NCBI GenBank assembly: GCA_964276515.1
Contig: OZ193909.1
Location: 21,142,001-21,206,000, forward strand
Origin: Gordius albopunctatus
Taxonomy: Eukaryota
Length of the DNA: 64,000 nucleotides
Reading direction: 5' to 3'
Shown: positions 1 through 12,500 of the stretch, one piece after another
How positions within the stretch are numbered: the first letter of the stretch is position 1
How the letters are laid out: every line of letters starts with the position of its first letter
Program-made: the position numbers and the translations under genes
The notes under the pieces: generated by a model
What the model was told of the DNA's origin: nothing
The model's database searches: none
What the model saw: only the letters and a program-made list of their open reading frames with translations

Positions 1-633
1 CTACAAATAAATATTTAGAATTTTACTAGCCCCCATATATTAATTTGTTTGATTTTAAGTTTTTGATTTAGACGCGTTGCCTGTTTTTAAACCATCTTCT
101 TACATAGAGAATATATTTAGACAATAGACCGCGTGTGTTTTATGTGTATGCCTATGTTGATATAGTTTTATAATGTATGTGAGTCTGAGTATGATTTATT
201 AGGGGTAAGTTGTTAGGTTAGGAGAAAGGGAGAGCTACATAATTAATTTTCAGTGTTGTAATATCACAATATCATTCCCACGGTGGGTTCAGAGTGAATT
301 TCCTTGTTTGAGCAATTTGGCTAGAAAGTATTTGGCAATACCTGTTACATCAGCCAGCAGTGACCGAGCCTTTTTTACAGCTGGGCGAGCTTACGAAGAG
401 AGAAGGACTTCGTTAAAGCCCGATAAATTAGACTCCACTTTATTTATTTACCATAATTATTCATATTTTAAATCACATAATATTCGCGATACGTAATATA
501 TTTATAAATAAAATTTTGAAATAAAATTTGTACAAATTTACATTTTTACAAAAGTCGGGCCGGGCTCGGGCAAAAAATAAAAAAAGTTTCGGGTCGGGCT
601 CGGGCCGATAAAATTCAATTTTGCAGGGCTCTA
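1..633 (+). mobile_element. hAT DNA transposon remnant (3' end, degenerate dimerisation domain)
   Basis: ORF 308-496 LARKYLAIPVTSASSDRAFFTAG...RTSLKPDKL matches the hAT C-terminal dimerisation motif. Subterminal CGGGC repeats lie at 555-606 and the end TTGCAGGGCTCTA at 633 is the reverse complement of the TAGAGCCCTGCAA terminus at 2546. The left end is outside the window. Confidence 0.85.
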
Positions 634-750
634 CAAGAGACCAAGCGGTATTCCAACATAAAATTTTTAAAAGTATTTCTATATCAGACGGATCATAGAT
701 ATTTTTTAAAGTAATTAAAAATAGAGTGGGGAATTTACCCTTTTCAATCA

Positions 751-2545
751 TGTTTGTTTTTTAAACTAAGTAAGTGAAACGACCGTAATGTGTTTTTAGA
801 ACTGAGTTTATTCAAAATATATCACCTGTGGTTGTCGATAAAAAACGAAATATGTTTTACAATACGATGTTACAAACATAAAATAGTACAATCATAACAT
901 CTCTCCCCGCTTAATTATTTACATCCCCACATCTCTTCAATCAATCGACGTGGCGGTTTCTTGTTTCTATCCTTCCTTCTTAGAAAAACATTTTCGTTCT
1001 CAGGTGTATCCATTTCAGCTGGCATTAATTCCTCTTGTACTGACTGTTCAAATACCAGTGTGGCTGATCTCGACATTTGTTGCCCCTTCTTGAAATTCTT
1101 CCACTGGTATTGATGCCGCTGAACTTAGTGCCTGTTGAACTTTGACTTCTTCCCTCCTTAATTGGTCCGCATGCTTCCGTAAGAATTTATTATTACTTTA
1201 TACATCGTACGACAACAAGCCTTTCCTAGCTAATACTTTACCTTTTCGCCATCCAAACGTTAATTCATTTTTCACCCAAACCGGATCACCAGTCTCGAAA
1301 TTCCTTGAATAGGCCGTCCTATCGTGGTGATTGGTTTGTTTATCAGTCTGACGTTCTAAATTAGTTCGAGGATTTGGTCAAGACCAATCTAGCATGGTCC
1401 GGTTCCTTCGATCAAGTAGCATCTTTGACGGTGACCTACCTGTTGAACTATGTTCGGACAATCTGTATGTAGATAGAATCTCATGCATACAATCCTCAGG
1501 ATCCTTGATGTCTTCTCTGGTTGCCAAGTAACGGCTTTTTAATGTTCTAATGCATCTATCAGCATATCCATTGGTTTTGGGATGGTACGGGGTTGTCAAA
1601 ACATGTACTATATTATACTCCTTACAAAATTTTTCAAATTCGTCGGATGTAAATTGGGGTCCGTTATCACTGACTATTTGGCGCGGAATACCGAATCGAG
1701 CAAACCAACCTTTTAGTTTCTTTATCACAATTTTTGAATACGAATTTTTAAGGAGATCCACTTCAATCCATTTTGAGTAAGAATCAATTCCAACCAGCCA
1801 TAAGTAGGAGTCCATTGGACCTGCTAGATCTATATGCAATCTTTCCAATGGTGTATTTGTAACGTTCCAAGAATATAAGGGAACTTCCGGCATATAAATT
1901 TCTTAATATCCTCGTCCAAACTCGGCCAATAAACGTAATATCTACTAATAGATTTCATAGCATTTATTCCGGGGTGCCCTCATTCAATACGGGCTTACGC
2001 AGAATATTAGGTATTATCATTCGTCCGTTCCATTGTATAATACCTTTATCGGAGCATAGTTCACTCTTCTTATTAAAATACGGTATCAAATCTTTGATCA
2101 ATGTAGTTTTATTTACTCCCCAACCCTGATCTATATAAATCAATACTTTCTTTAGCGTGCTGTCCTGTTTTTCCAGAAATATGTAAGTCCTGTAGTGTAA
2201 TTAATCTCAAACACGCAAAATTTTTCTCGTCCTCGACATCTTCGGGTATAGGTAATCTTGATAAGGCATCTACTAAACAGGTCTTTTCCGGGTTTATATT
2301 CCAATTTAAAGTCATACGCCGCCAGCTTCCAAGCCCATCGTATTAATCTATTGTTGCAAATTTCGGACATATTATAATTTTCGCCGAATATCCGCTGCAA
2401 CGGTTTGTGGTCAGTCCGCAAGATAAATTCCCTTCCAAATATATAAGCGTGAAATTTTTCACAGCCAAACAGCAATGCTCTCGCTTCTTTATCAATCGAG
2501 GCGTAGTTTTTCTCTGACTTAGACAACGTCCTTGAGGCGTAAGCA
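751..2545 (-). mobile_element. Ty3/Gypsy LTR retrotransposon 3' part (frameshifted RNase H and integrase, PPT, 3' LTR)
   Basis: RNase H motif KNYASIDKEARALLFGCEKFHAYIFGREFILRTDHKPL (2152-2526) and integrase core RLHIDLAGP...DSYSKW...FGIPRQIVSDNGPQFTS (1378-1893). The minus-strand purine tract AAGCGGGGAGAGA directly precedes TGTTATG at 899; the putative LTR 751-899 runs TGTT...AACA and contains AATAAA. Confidence 0.92.
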
Positions 2546-3094
2546 TAGAGCCCTGCAAAATAAAATTTCTTCTGTCCGAGCCCGGCCCGACTTCTTCATT
2601 TTTATTTTCCCCGAGCCCGAAAGACTTTTTTTTTGGCCCGACCCGATTTTTGGAATATAACTTTTGAAAAATTTTATTTTGAAAATGATTTCATCATCTA
2701 AATATAAAATACAGTAGATAGTTATTACTCGTAATTTACAACTAGGATAAGTTTAAAATAAAGAAAATCAATTTTCACTCGTTACAATTTATTTAGCTTT
2801 AAAACTAAAAACATAACTTAAAAAATATATTTTATTTAACAGTTCCATATTAAAACTTTTTTAAAAATATTTATCTATCTTATTCCTTAAGTTCTAAGAG
2901 CAACCATGAATATATAATATTTATATTCAGGTCAGTTAAATTATAAGCTCAAGTTTGGCAGCTATATTATATGGTGTAGGAAGAAAATTATTTAATATCA
3001 AGTTGAGTTTGTTTAAATCATATTTTATAATAGTTTATTTGCTTTAATTCAATTCGTGCCGGGCATGGGGTCGGGCCGCCTCATCAGGTCCGAC
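2546..3094. mobile_element. hAT-type MITE (TAGAGCCCTGCA family) interrupting the Gypsy RNase H; right end lost
   Basis: Starts TAGAGCCCTGCAAAA followed by CCCGA/CCCGG subterminal repeats. Bases 2990-3094 match the reverse complement of about 57750-57860, and homology stops where the LINE endonuclease fragment begins. Confidence 0.75.
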
Positions 3095-3350
3095 TGTTGT
3101 AAACATAGTCGATGCTAATCACTCTGAGTTCCTTTTTAATAAAAATGGCTACCCCTGATGCAGGCTCAAGGCCGCATTCCGTGCAATAGCAATTATAGTC
3201 GTTAACGGGGAGAACTTTGCGATGTGAATATCTTGTTTGCTGAACACAGAGAATATGAATTCTGTGGTGGGAGGCAAATAAAGTAAGGCTCTGTAGCGTT
3301 CCTGGTTCTCTTAAGGTTTGGGTATTGAGAGAAGCCAATTTTAGGATCAT
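3084..3350 (-). mobile_element. Non-LTR retrotransposon APE endonuclease N-terminal fragment (RTE-like)
   Basis: LKLASLNTQTLR...IHILCVQQTR...SGVAIFIKK fits the APE/EEP N-terminal pattern (N-x-x-TL, LQET-like, GVAI). It is truncated, and the usual Glu of QET reads Gln. Confidence 0.75.
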
Positions 3351-6300
3351 TTTAATTTGAGTATAAGGGATTAAAAGTTGGGGTGGAATGAGACGGATTT
3401 AGTAACGACTAACGAATTTTAAAACTTAATAGTAGTTGTGTTTTGTATATTGTTAATATATTAGAAGTGAGTTCGTAGATGAATTACTGGTTATAAATAA
3501 GACCATTTTGTAGAGGGATAGAGGTTAACTTTCCTTATAATGGGGGGAGGGGGTCAATCTGCTTCACCCTTATTTTTAGAGTAAACTAGTATTTAAGCGA
3601 TATCAATTCCGGAAGCATTTGAGCAGTAGAAAATATATTAGTTCAAAAATAGAGTCGCTCCAAAGGGAAGCGGGAGGTGAGGGTCACCGGCCTTGTATTT
3701 TATATATTATAGCATTTTAGCAAGTATTTGTTCGGGCAAATTGATTACTGGTTATAAATAACTACCTCTTATTTGTAGAGAGGTGGGGAAATATATTATT
3801 TATAAGGAGGAGCCCATCTTTTTCCGACTTATTTTTAATTTCATAGTTGGGTATTGACGGTAGTGCCGCCAGAAATCTTCCGGGAGCGATAAGAGGAGAA
3901 TAATAGGTTAGAGTATCTATTCCTTGTTTTGCACATATCGAATACCCTAGAAGAGGAAGGGGTGGGGGGTAAAAGTAAAGCATACACCTCCCAAGTGAGT
4001 GTCTTATACAACATTAGTAGCATTTTCGTCTTGAGCTCGCAGTTAATTTCGTCGTTAGAATAGGGGGGGGGGTAAGTGGTAGGAGGGGGAGATATAAAGT
4101 CAGGACCACCCATTGAGAAGGAATATTAGTAAGAATAACGTATATTTTTTTTTTAGAAATGCGTGGGGAAGGGGTAAGTCCATACCTTGATATATTTGAA
4201 TTGACGACGCCTATCTAGGCCCTAGACTACTATCCAATGCGAATTTAAACTTCATACAGAGAAATAAATTATAAGTAATACGGAACCTCAGATATTGAAT
4301 AAAAGTTAATACTGGAAGGCTTACCTAAATTTGATATTAAGCACTAAAATTGATTAAATATGATCAAATAATTAATTATAATTTTGAAAATAAGTTTGAT
4401 ATAAAAATTTGAGTATGGTGAAAAAAAAATATATAGACAGAAGGAAGAATATGATAATTTAATGGTTAATCAAATAAATAAAAGATAAATAACAAGAGAA
4501 AGGCTTGCCTAGCCCTTTATTTAAAATTGACAACTCATTTGCAAAACAAATCTTTTAAAATGACTGATTTATAGGTTGCAAAAACTTGTAAAAAGGTGGT
4601 CAGAAAAAAACACACACGTTGTTTGACGTTATACATATTGTAAGTTCACTTAAGTTTTTAGGAAAATAGGTAGTTAAAGAAATAACAAACTTATGATCAA
4701 TACAAAAATAAATTGAAACACCATTTTATATAACTATAGTATAATATTATAAATAAAGGATTGTCAGGGGGGTTGCATTTCCGACTGCACTGCGCTCGCA
4801 TGCTTCGCCATATAATGATATTCTGGAAGTTCAGAGTATGAACGGCAGAGCCAGATAAATAACAAAACAGGCAGGCGATAAGGGGAATAATAAATTTGGT
4901 GAGAAATAGAGGCGGAGGGTAAAGGGGGGGGGTCAGGGGTAACAGCATTAACACCATTACTAGTATGATGGAAGCACAAGAGTTTATTTTTAGAACGACG
5001 GCGCCAGGCAAATATGAGACGTTATTATACGGAGATCTGCTAACACTCTTACAATTTTAAGGAACAAGTATTATTACATATACTAGGGAGGGAGGGCAAT
5101 TTAACTAGTTGGTGGTCTCATGCATCAGGCTATCTTTTATTTAAACAGGAGGGAGAGAAAAATAAAAAGTTAGAAATAAGGGTTATTTATTTTAAAAGGG
5201 AAAAGGTCACTTAGCTTTTTATAAGAAACCTTACTCTGCATAAGATGCGGTGGGAAGTTTAAGCCATTTTATTATTAGTAACCTAATATTAAAAACATCT
5301 TTAAAGGAATGAATTAAGAAGAGGGCGATTTAGCTAATTAAAACATGCTATGTGCATTTGAGGGATTGTCTAGTAGGTTCAATCTTCCAAGCTTAGAGCA
5401 ATAGTAGTCAACAATATCTATTTATATTGTAGTAGTAGACACCAGAGTTAAAATAAACAAAAGTATATACAATAAGTAAATAAAAAAGATTAATAATCCT
5501 GGTAAACATTACAAGTTGAGGCTTAATCACCATCAAATATGAGTCTATTTTAAAATTGACAGAAATTTGACTTTGGGATATTAAAATTTAGTTATATGTA
5601 TGATATAAATAGCTAAGTAACAGCAAAGCAGAAATTGGTAAATGGTCTTTATAGACAAAAATCTTGAGGGTTTAAAAATAACAAAATTTATAATGTCTAA
5701 TAATTTAGTATTTGTTATATGATCTGAACCTTTGCTTTAAAACTTATAGTTAGCACATTTAAATTATAATTTATTTTAAAAAAAATTGTTTTTAAAAGTT
5801 TTAGAGTTAAAAATGAATTTGAATATATATACAATGAGTTTGTGCAACAAAATGTTCAAGATAAAGAAATTAAAACTTAACCTTTTTATCAAATTATTTT
5901 GGTCTGATAGGTTTGCAAGATAGAAATTTGAAATCAGTTAATTTAAAATTTTTTTATTGGTATTAGGTTTAAGTTTTGGGTCCATTAGTATATAATTAAT
6001 AAGGGTAGATATAACACATTATTTTTGTAAATTGTATATATAAATCTATATGAATATCAAATTAAATGATTATCAACATATCAATAAACAAGTATATCAT
6101 TAATTTTATAAATATAGAGTATAACCATTTCTGGATCAATTAGAAAATCATAATCTTACAAAATGAATAAAGGTTAAATATTGTTGATCAACCCGATGCG
6201 GATGGAACCATATACATATATTTATCAAAAGAAGTTATGCCTTTGTTTATCCAATATCTCTCTTGAATCAACCTTTTGACGCCTTTACCTTTTGTTTCAT

Positions 6301-6599
6301 ACAAGGTCTCATAAACAAAACAAGGAAGGCAATTCGCATATTTTATTGCAAAGCAACCTAAAAATTTTAAGTTTATAAATTTACTTGGCAGCAGATGCAA
6401 ACGTTCATTTAATCATGACTATCACGAAAAGCCAAAAAAGATTTGATATATCCTAAGAAAAGGCAAAAGGCTTGCTGCAGACATGCTCACCATTGTAAAA
6501 ATTTTGAAACCAGACCGGTTGGGGATAAATCTTAATTTTCAATGCGGTGAGTAACGAATTGCTACTCCCATATGATATATTTTAAACAATTTTAATACG

Positions 6600-9500
6600 A
6601 TGGATGATTTAATAAATTGTTTCAAGGAATTAAAGGAATATAAGGAAACAGATGCGTTGATTAAATATTTTGAAAGTTTTTCAACTAAACAGATTAGTAA
6701 TTTATTGGTTTTTGTAATATAGCCTGCTTAGAAGATTTAGTTGAATCAATATCTGTAAATGATCTAAACACACTTACAACTTGTTTATTGGAATTATTTG
6801 AGCATTTTTTAAAACGATTTGTGTCCAACACAGCACAAGATCAAGTCATTTTAAAACGATATTTTTAAATATTGGGCCTTTAGGATATTAGGCTTTTAAA
6901 TTCATGTTGCTCTCTTCTTCAAACTATTATTGAAATTCATTCTGAAAAAGATGTAATTTTTAAAATAACTGATTTAGTTATAACATTGGTATCAATGATT
7001 AATTATTCAAATTCAAATATATCATTGGTTGAATTTAAAGACAACATTTTGGTACTTGGATATTTGTGGATAATCAAGAGACACTACAGTAATGAGACTT
7101 TATATATTTTTTTTTCATAATATTGTTTCCCTTGGTAAATATGTTTATGTTAGAGTATGAAAAACTTGTTGCAGCTATTTTATTTTGTTATATGAATAAA
7201 TGTTTAAAACATGGAGGCAAGGTTTTAGACTACCAAGTAATATTTATGTTTCATAAATAAAATTTGATAGCATTTATGTGAGTTGAAAGACACATTAACC
7301 AAATTAGATATCACTCTAACACAAGATCAAATCAAATTAATCAAGGCTTGTTTTTCAAATGAGCATTTATTAAGTTCAACAAATGGCAAAATTTTTTTAT
7401 CTGCTTTACTATCCTGGCAAATTGATGTCACTCTACAATGCCACGAGGCTGTAAAGCAAAATTTTATGAATGCAGACATCCCTAAGATTAAAAGGCAAGT
7501 CACATTTTATCATATCGTAATTAACAAAAATACTGATTAAATTAAAGGTAACATTTTGAAAATTAACTCATTGACTTGATTTCATTTATATAGTTATGGT
7601 GAAATTTATTATTTGGCTTGGGCTCGTCCATTGCAGGTGTCTCCTGCTTTAATAGAGATGGAATGTCTGGAGTATTTAGTTTATGGAGCAATACACGTGA
7701 GTCGAAAGATCAAAAAATTACCAAACAAACACATTTCAGCCTCCAACAGTATTCCTTTACACCACAAACTACGAATTTTAATACGTAATTATTTTATCAT
7801 CTTCTTTAATAAAACTTGCCTACGATATAATAAAAGTATATAAATAATCTCTGAGAAGAATTATGTAGACTCCCAAATTTTTAACATTTTACAATCATTT
7901 CTTTTTATATATTTCCATTTGAAGTTATATACATTATTATATTTTGTGTAGATTCAATTTTAAAAAAAAGACGTAGTCTTAAAAGTGTTAGTGGTGAAAA
8001 TATGGTAGAAGATGATATTTTGACTCCCTCTCTAAGTACCAAATTGTTAGATCCAATATTGTGGAAGTCTTTAACAGTTCCCAATCAAGACATTCGATTG
8101 AATGCAGCTTACATATTTTTTGACACTTTTCCAATATTAGATCAAGCACAATGTGATGCAAACGTTTTAGCACCTAAATTGCTTAAACAATACGACCTCA
8201 TAAAAGTATTTTTATACACATTCAATTTTTAAAAATGCATATATTTTGTTAAGATGAAAGAAATATATAAATATTTATAAAACATTTTGATATTGCTATT
8301 GTATTATATTTATATAAGAAGATTAGTCAGAGTTTAATAAAATTTAAATTAAAGCTAAAAATAAATAGGTGTTTGAGATGTTAATAAGTTAGGTGATTGA
8401 TTATTTTTACATATTGAATATCTATTGTTGTGCCATTTGTAATTTCTTTAATCAATTAATCTTTTACCTGGGTTTAATTTATATAATTTTTTTTTGATTT
8501 GTAACTACAATTTTTTTCAATATGTGTTGTAACTTTGTTAAAAACAGTTGTATTTTTGATTTTGGGTTGACATACCATTTGAACTGATAAAAGTCAAAGG
8601 AAAACAAAAACATAATAGTTGTATATTAACAAAAATTAATTGTGCTGCATGCACCTATAATAAATTTGCATCTTTATTTAAACTATGATTTTTAAATACT
8701 CTTAACTTAATGAAAAATAGGATCTCTTAAAAGATCCACATCACATGGTAAGATTAGTTGCTATAACGGGAACTTGCAAAATAATGGCACACCATTGGAA
8801 TGCCATACCATCTTCAATTGCCTACTCCTTTTTGAAATATATCATCAAAGTTTGTGGTAAATATTTTTAAAATTACCCGTCAAAAAAGTCTCTTTAGGCA
8901 TATTGATTTGATAAAGCCTGAAATAACATATTTAGTTATATACATGTGCTATCGTGCCCATAAAAAATTAAAGCGCCCCACACAAAAATGTTTAAATTAT
9001 TATCTCTATCACCTAAATAAAAAAGTTATTCGCGAAAAAGATAAATTAAAAAGGAGCATTTAGTCCTTAAACCATATTTTTTACTAATTTTTTCCCCTGG
9101 ATAATTTGTCCAGGAATTGTTTTCGCCTAAAATACGCCTTTACAAAGTACAATTTGTATATAAATTTAATATCACGATAATTAATTGAGAAGATATAGCC
9201 CCGGTATCCCTTACAACTTTCACTAAATTCTTAATATATATATATATTTTTCATTTTGATTTAGTCTGGGATTTGAAATTTTTGGAAAATCGTATAATCT
9301 CTTTAAACGGATTGACTTATTTGCTCATCAAAAATGGGACCTCGCACCGCATGCTCAAAATGTTACTGCCATCTGTAGAAGCGATAATTTTAGAAAATTC
9401 CGAAAAATTGAAGTTAACTTTCATCAACCTCCTTTTCGCCATCAAAAACTCCCCCAACGAACATAATCTCAAGTTCTGGGACGTTGTCCAAGTATGCATA

Positions 9501-12500
9501 ACTTTGTTTTAAATAAATTTTATGCTTATACACGTCTAAGTTTGTTTTAAATTGGTTTTACCCGAGCCCATAGGGGTAGCCAAGAGGCGGGGCCAAGGAG
9601 GGGCGGCTGCCCCCCCCCCCCCAAATCCAAATATTTGTTAAAGTTTATAAAATCCCTAAATCCTTATTGCAGCCTTTAAATTCCAATGCTGGCTATGCCC
9701 ATGCCCTACCTCATCTCTTCTACTGAGATAAAGAAAGCTCCAAAAATAGAAATATACCTCAACAATTTCATTTTTGCAATTTTTAAACAAATATCAAATT
9801 TATTACTTCAATGATCCCAAAGAATTTTTCTATATAAAGCAGAAAATCATCATGGAAATAATCCATGACTCTACTATGCCTGCTCATTAATCTTATATAT
9901 TTTAGCACGTACTGTATACAATGAATAAACATTCATCAGGTTAAAAATTAAAATATGTTTCTTTAATAATTTTAAAAAGATACCTTTATTGGTGCAACAA
10001 CTGGGGATCGAACACGAAACGAAGAAAGGATCTTCGGGCATAGTCCAACGCCTGGCCCAACTCCTGTACCCGACCTTTTTGAGTACGCGAGAAATGAACG
10101 AACCCCTCCTAACGAGAGAATTGGTGGAAAGATGTATTGCACTCAACGATATTAACCACGAAAATGCCCTTATACTTTACAAGGTTTCCATTTCCATGCT
10201 TTAGTCTTATTTTAGCATTAAATTAATATTTACAATCATTTTGAATGAGTTTAATTTGTAAGTTTATAGTTTTGTGTGAAGCAGACGACTTCTTTGATCA
10301 AGTTTTTAAATGAATGCAATCATTCTATTATACATATATCTTGTTTCAACACTCAGGTTTTTTTATAGTATGGATTAGTGCTGTAAAAACCCTGGGTTTT
10401 GTTTACTCCACCTTTGGTTCAACTAAGACTAGAGGCCAACTTGACAAGCACATAACAAAATTCTGACCCAGCCTAGAAGTCGACTTAACAAAACCCAGGT
10501 CTTTTTCCAACACTACTACCTGTAAATCAAATACTTCCTTCCTACTCTATTCATGATGAGCTCCCCCTGTGGTCCGAAATATTTACCAAGTAACAACTCC
10601 TCATTGAATATACGGTGTCTTATTGTGCTCGATGTTAAAAGGAATCTTCGGACGTCTCTTCGTTTTCCCTAGACGACAAATTACGAACGATCAACGTTTA
10701 TTGGACTTGCATCCGTCAAATGTGCCAAAATATATCATTGGACGGTAGTCTTGAAAAAATTTGCGAGATGGAACAAATGAATGATGATGATGATGATGAA
10801 CCAGAATATATTGAGCCAGATGAAGAATTGGAAGAAGGGGAAGTCGTGATAGGCCAAAATATATCTACGGACGATTCATTGCCTTATAACGTATATTATT
10901 TTCATAAAGTTTTCACTTGTGAACAGTTTTGCTTTGAAATATCGTTTGGTTTTTTGGGGGCTATAAATGGTTTTGCGCGATAGCTAAATTCAAGATAATC
11001 TTTGGGGAGATGTTTTATTACTAAAATAATTTCATTTATGCGCAGAATTTGAAGGTTTTACATCACCTATTGACTCCGACACAAATTTTGTTGGCCAGTT
11101 TGGAGGCTAAAGTCAACCAAATGCAATCCATCGAAAATCAGCTGACAACCGAACATAAAAGGGAATTCGATTCGGAGTTACTTGATTTCACTCAAAAGCT
11201 CAACGAATTGCATTATTCCATGGCTCAAACTTTTAATATAATTTACGAAGTAGACACATTTGCAAATATATGTCTATTTTAAATTCGTTTTCTTAATTCT
11301 TATGAGTTTTAAAACTTTTTATGACATTCTAAATTTAAACACTCCGTTGGTCTGGGAGAGTCATTACCTTCTTAAACTTTTAAAAAATTAGAAGAAAATA
11401 ATAGGAGTCGTTTGAATTATAAATGTAAAATTAAAATTATTAAAGTTAACCCATGATTTTCTAAATAACACTAACCTGTTTTTTATAAACTCTTTTTTTT
11501 ATACTTTGTAAGAATAACATAACATGTAAGTTGCTCCGCACATATAATGGTTTTTATTTAAAGATCTTCTCCCCTTTTGCACTTGGTGTCCAACCTAATC
11601 AATGGAGTGTTAAAGCAGACGATATTATAATAAAATAATTAATAAATCCGTTAAATTACATTTCTGTCAATTAAAGGTGTTGGATAACACTTCACTCCTC
11701 ATAATTGTCATAATGATTGCTGGTTATATCCCTATGGAATTAATTCCCGACCTCCGCATTCTGATGTATGAGAAATTGGTGGAGGAAAAGGTTAGTTTTA
11801 ATTTTACCCTTTTCTCCTTACATAACGATTTGATGATGGGTCCCCCACTCCTTAAGCAGGATTGGGTTAAATTGGTGATTTTGTATGAGATCGAAATGGG
11901 TTCAAATTAGTGTTGAAAAAACTAGAGTTGCTAAATTGCTAACTTTCTTCAACTCCAGCCAGCCAGCCACCATCTGCTCGGTCCTCGAGCATTTTTATAT
12001 GCTACTGCTCTGCCTAATGCACCGAACAGAGAGCACACATTGTGCTAACGCGCATATTAAGCAACTCAGTGTGCGTGCTCGCGTCTGGACTTTGAAGAAA
12101 GTTAGCAATTTAACAACCCTAGTAAAAACGGCTGGCTTTGTTTAATCGACCTTTGGTTTTACTTAGACTAACCGTCGCTTCTGGCCTCTTTTTCAAATTT
12201 CGACCAAGTCTAAAGGTCCACTAAGAAAAACAGACCAAAAAATTAGTCGACTAATAACAACAAAACCGAGCCCCTTTTTACAAGACTAGTTTTTTTAATG
12301 CTTTTTCAAAAATTTTGAATCTGAGATGGTAGCTACTGGAAATTCCACTTTTTTGACGATTCGACTTGAAATGGCGCAGATAATTTTTATATACCCAAAT
12401 ATGGTGTTTTACATATATATGCTATTGGCTGTAAATTTAAAACAAGGAGTTTTAGGATTTCTAACAAAAATGTACTTGAAAATAAAACATAATTTTTATA

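Noticed and set aside
6280..6452. Possible TGA recoding (Sec or Trp) in a signal-peptide-like frame MDISNLFWLFVIVMIK*TFASAA
   Set aside because: No selenoprotein motif is recognisable, another frame is open over most of the same bases, and the TMED and glycosyltransferase genes use TGA as stop and TGG for Trp.
11885..12145. ORF similar to ORF 60349-60531 (CANAHIKQLSVRARVW), suggesting a gene family
   Set aside because: The similarity comes from two copies of the same 200-bp MITE.
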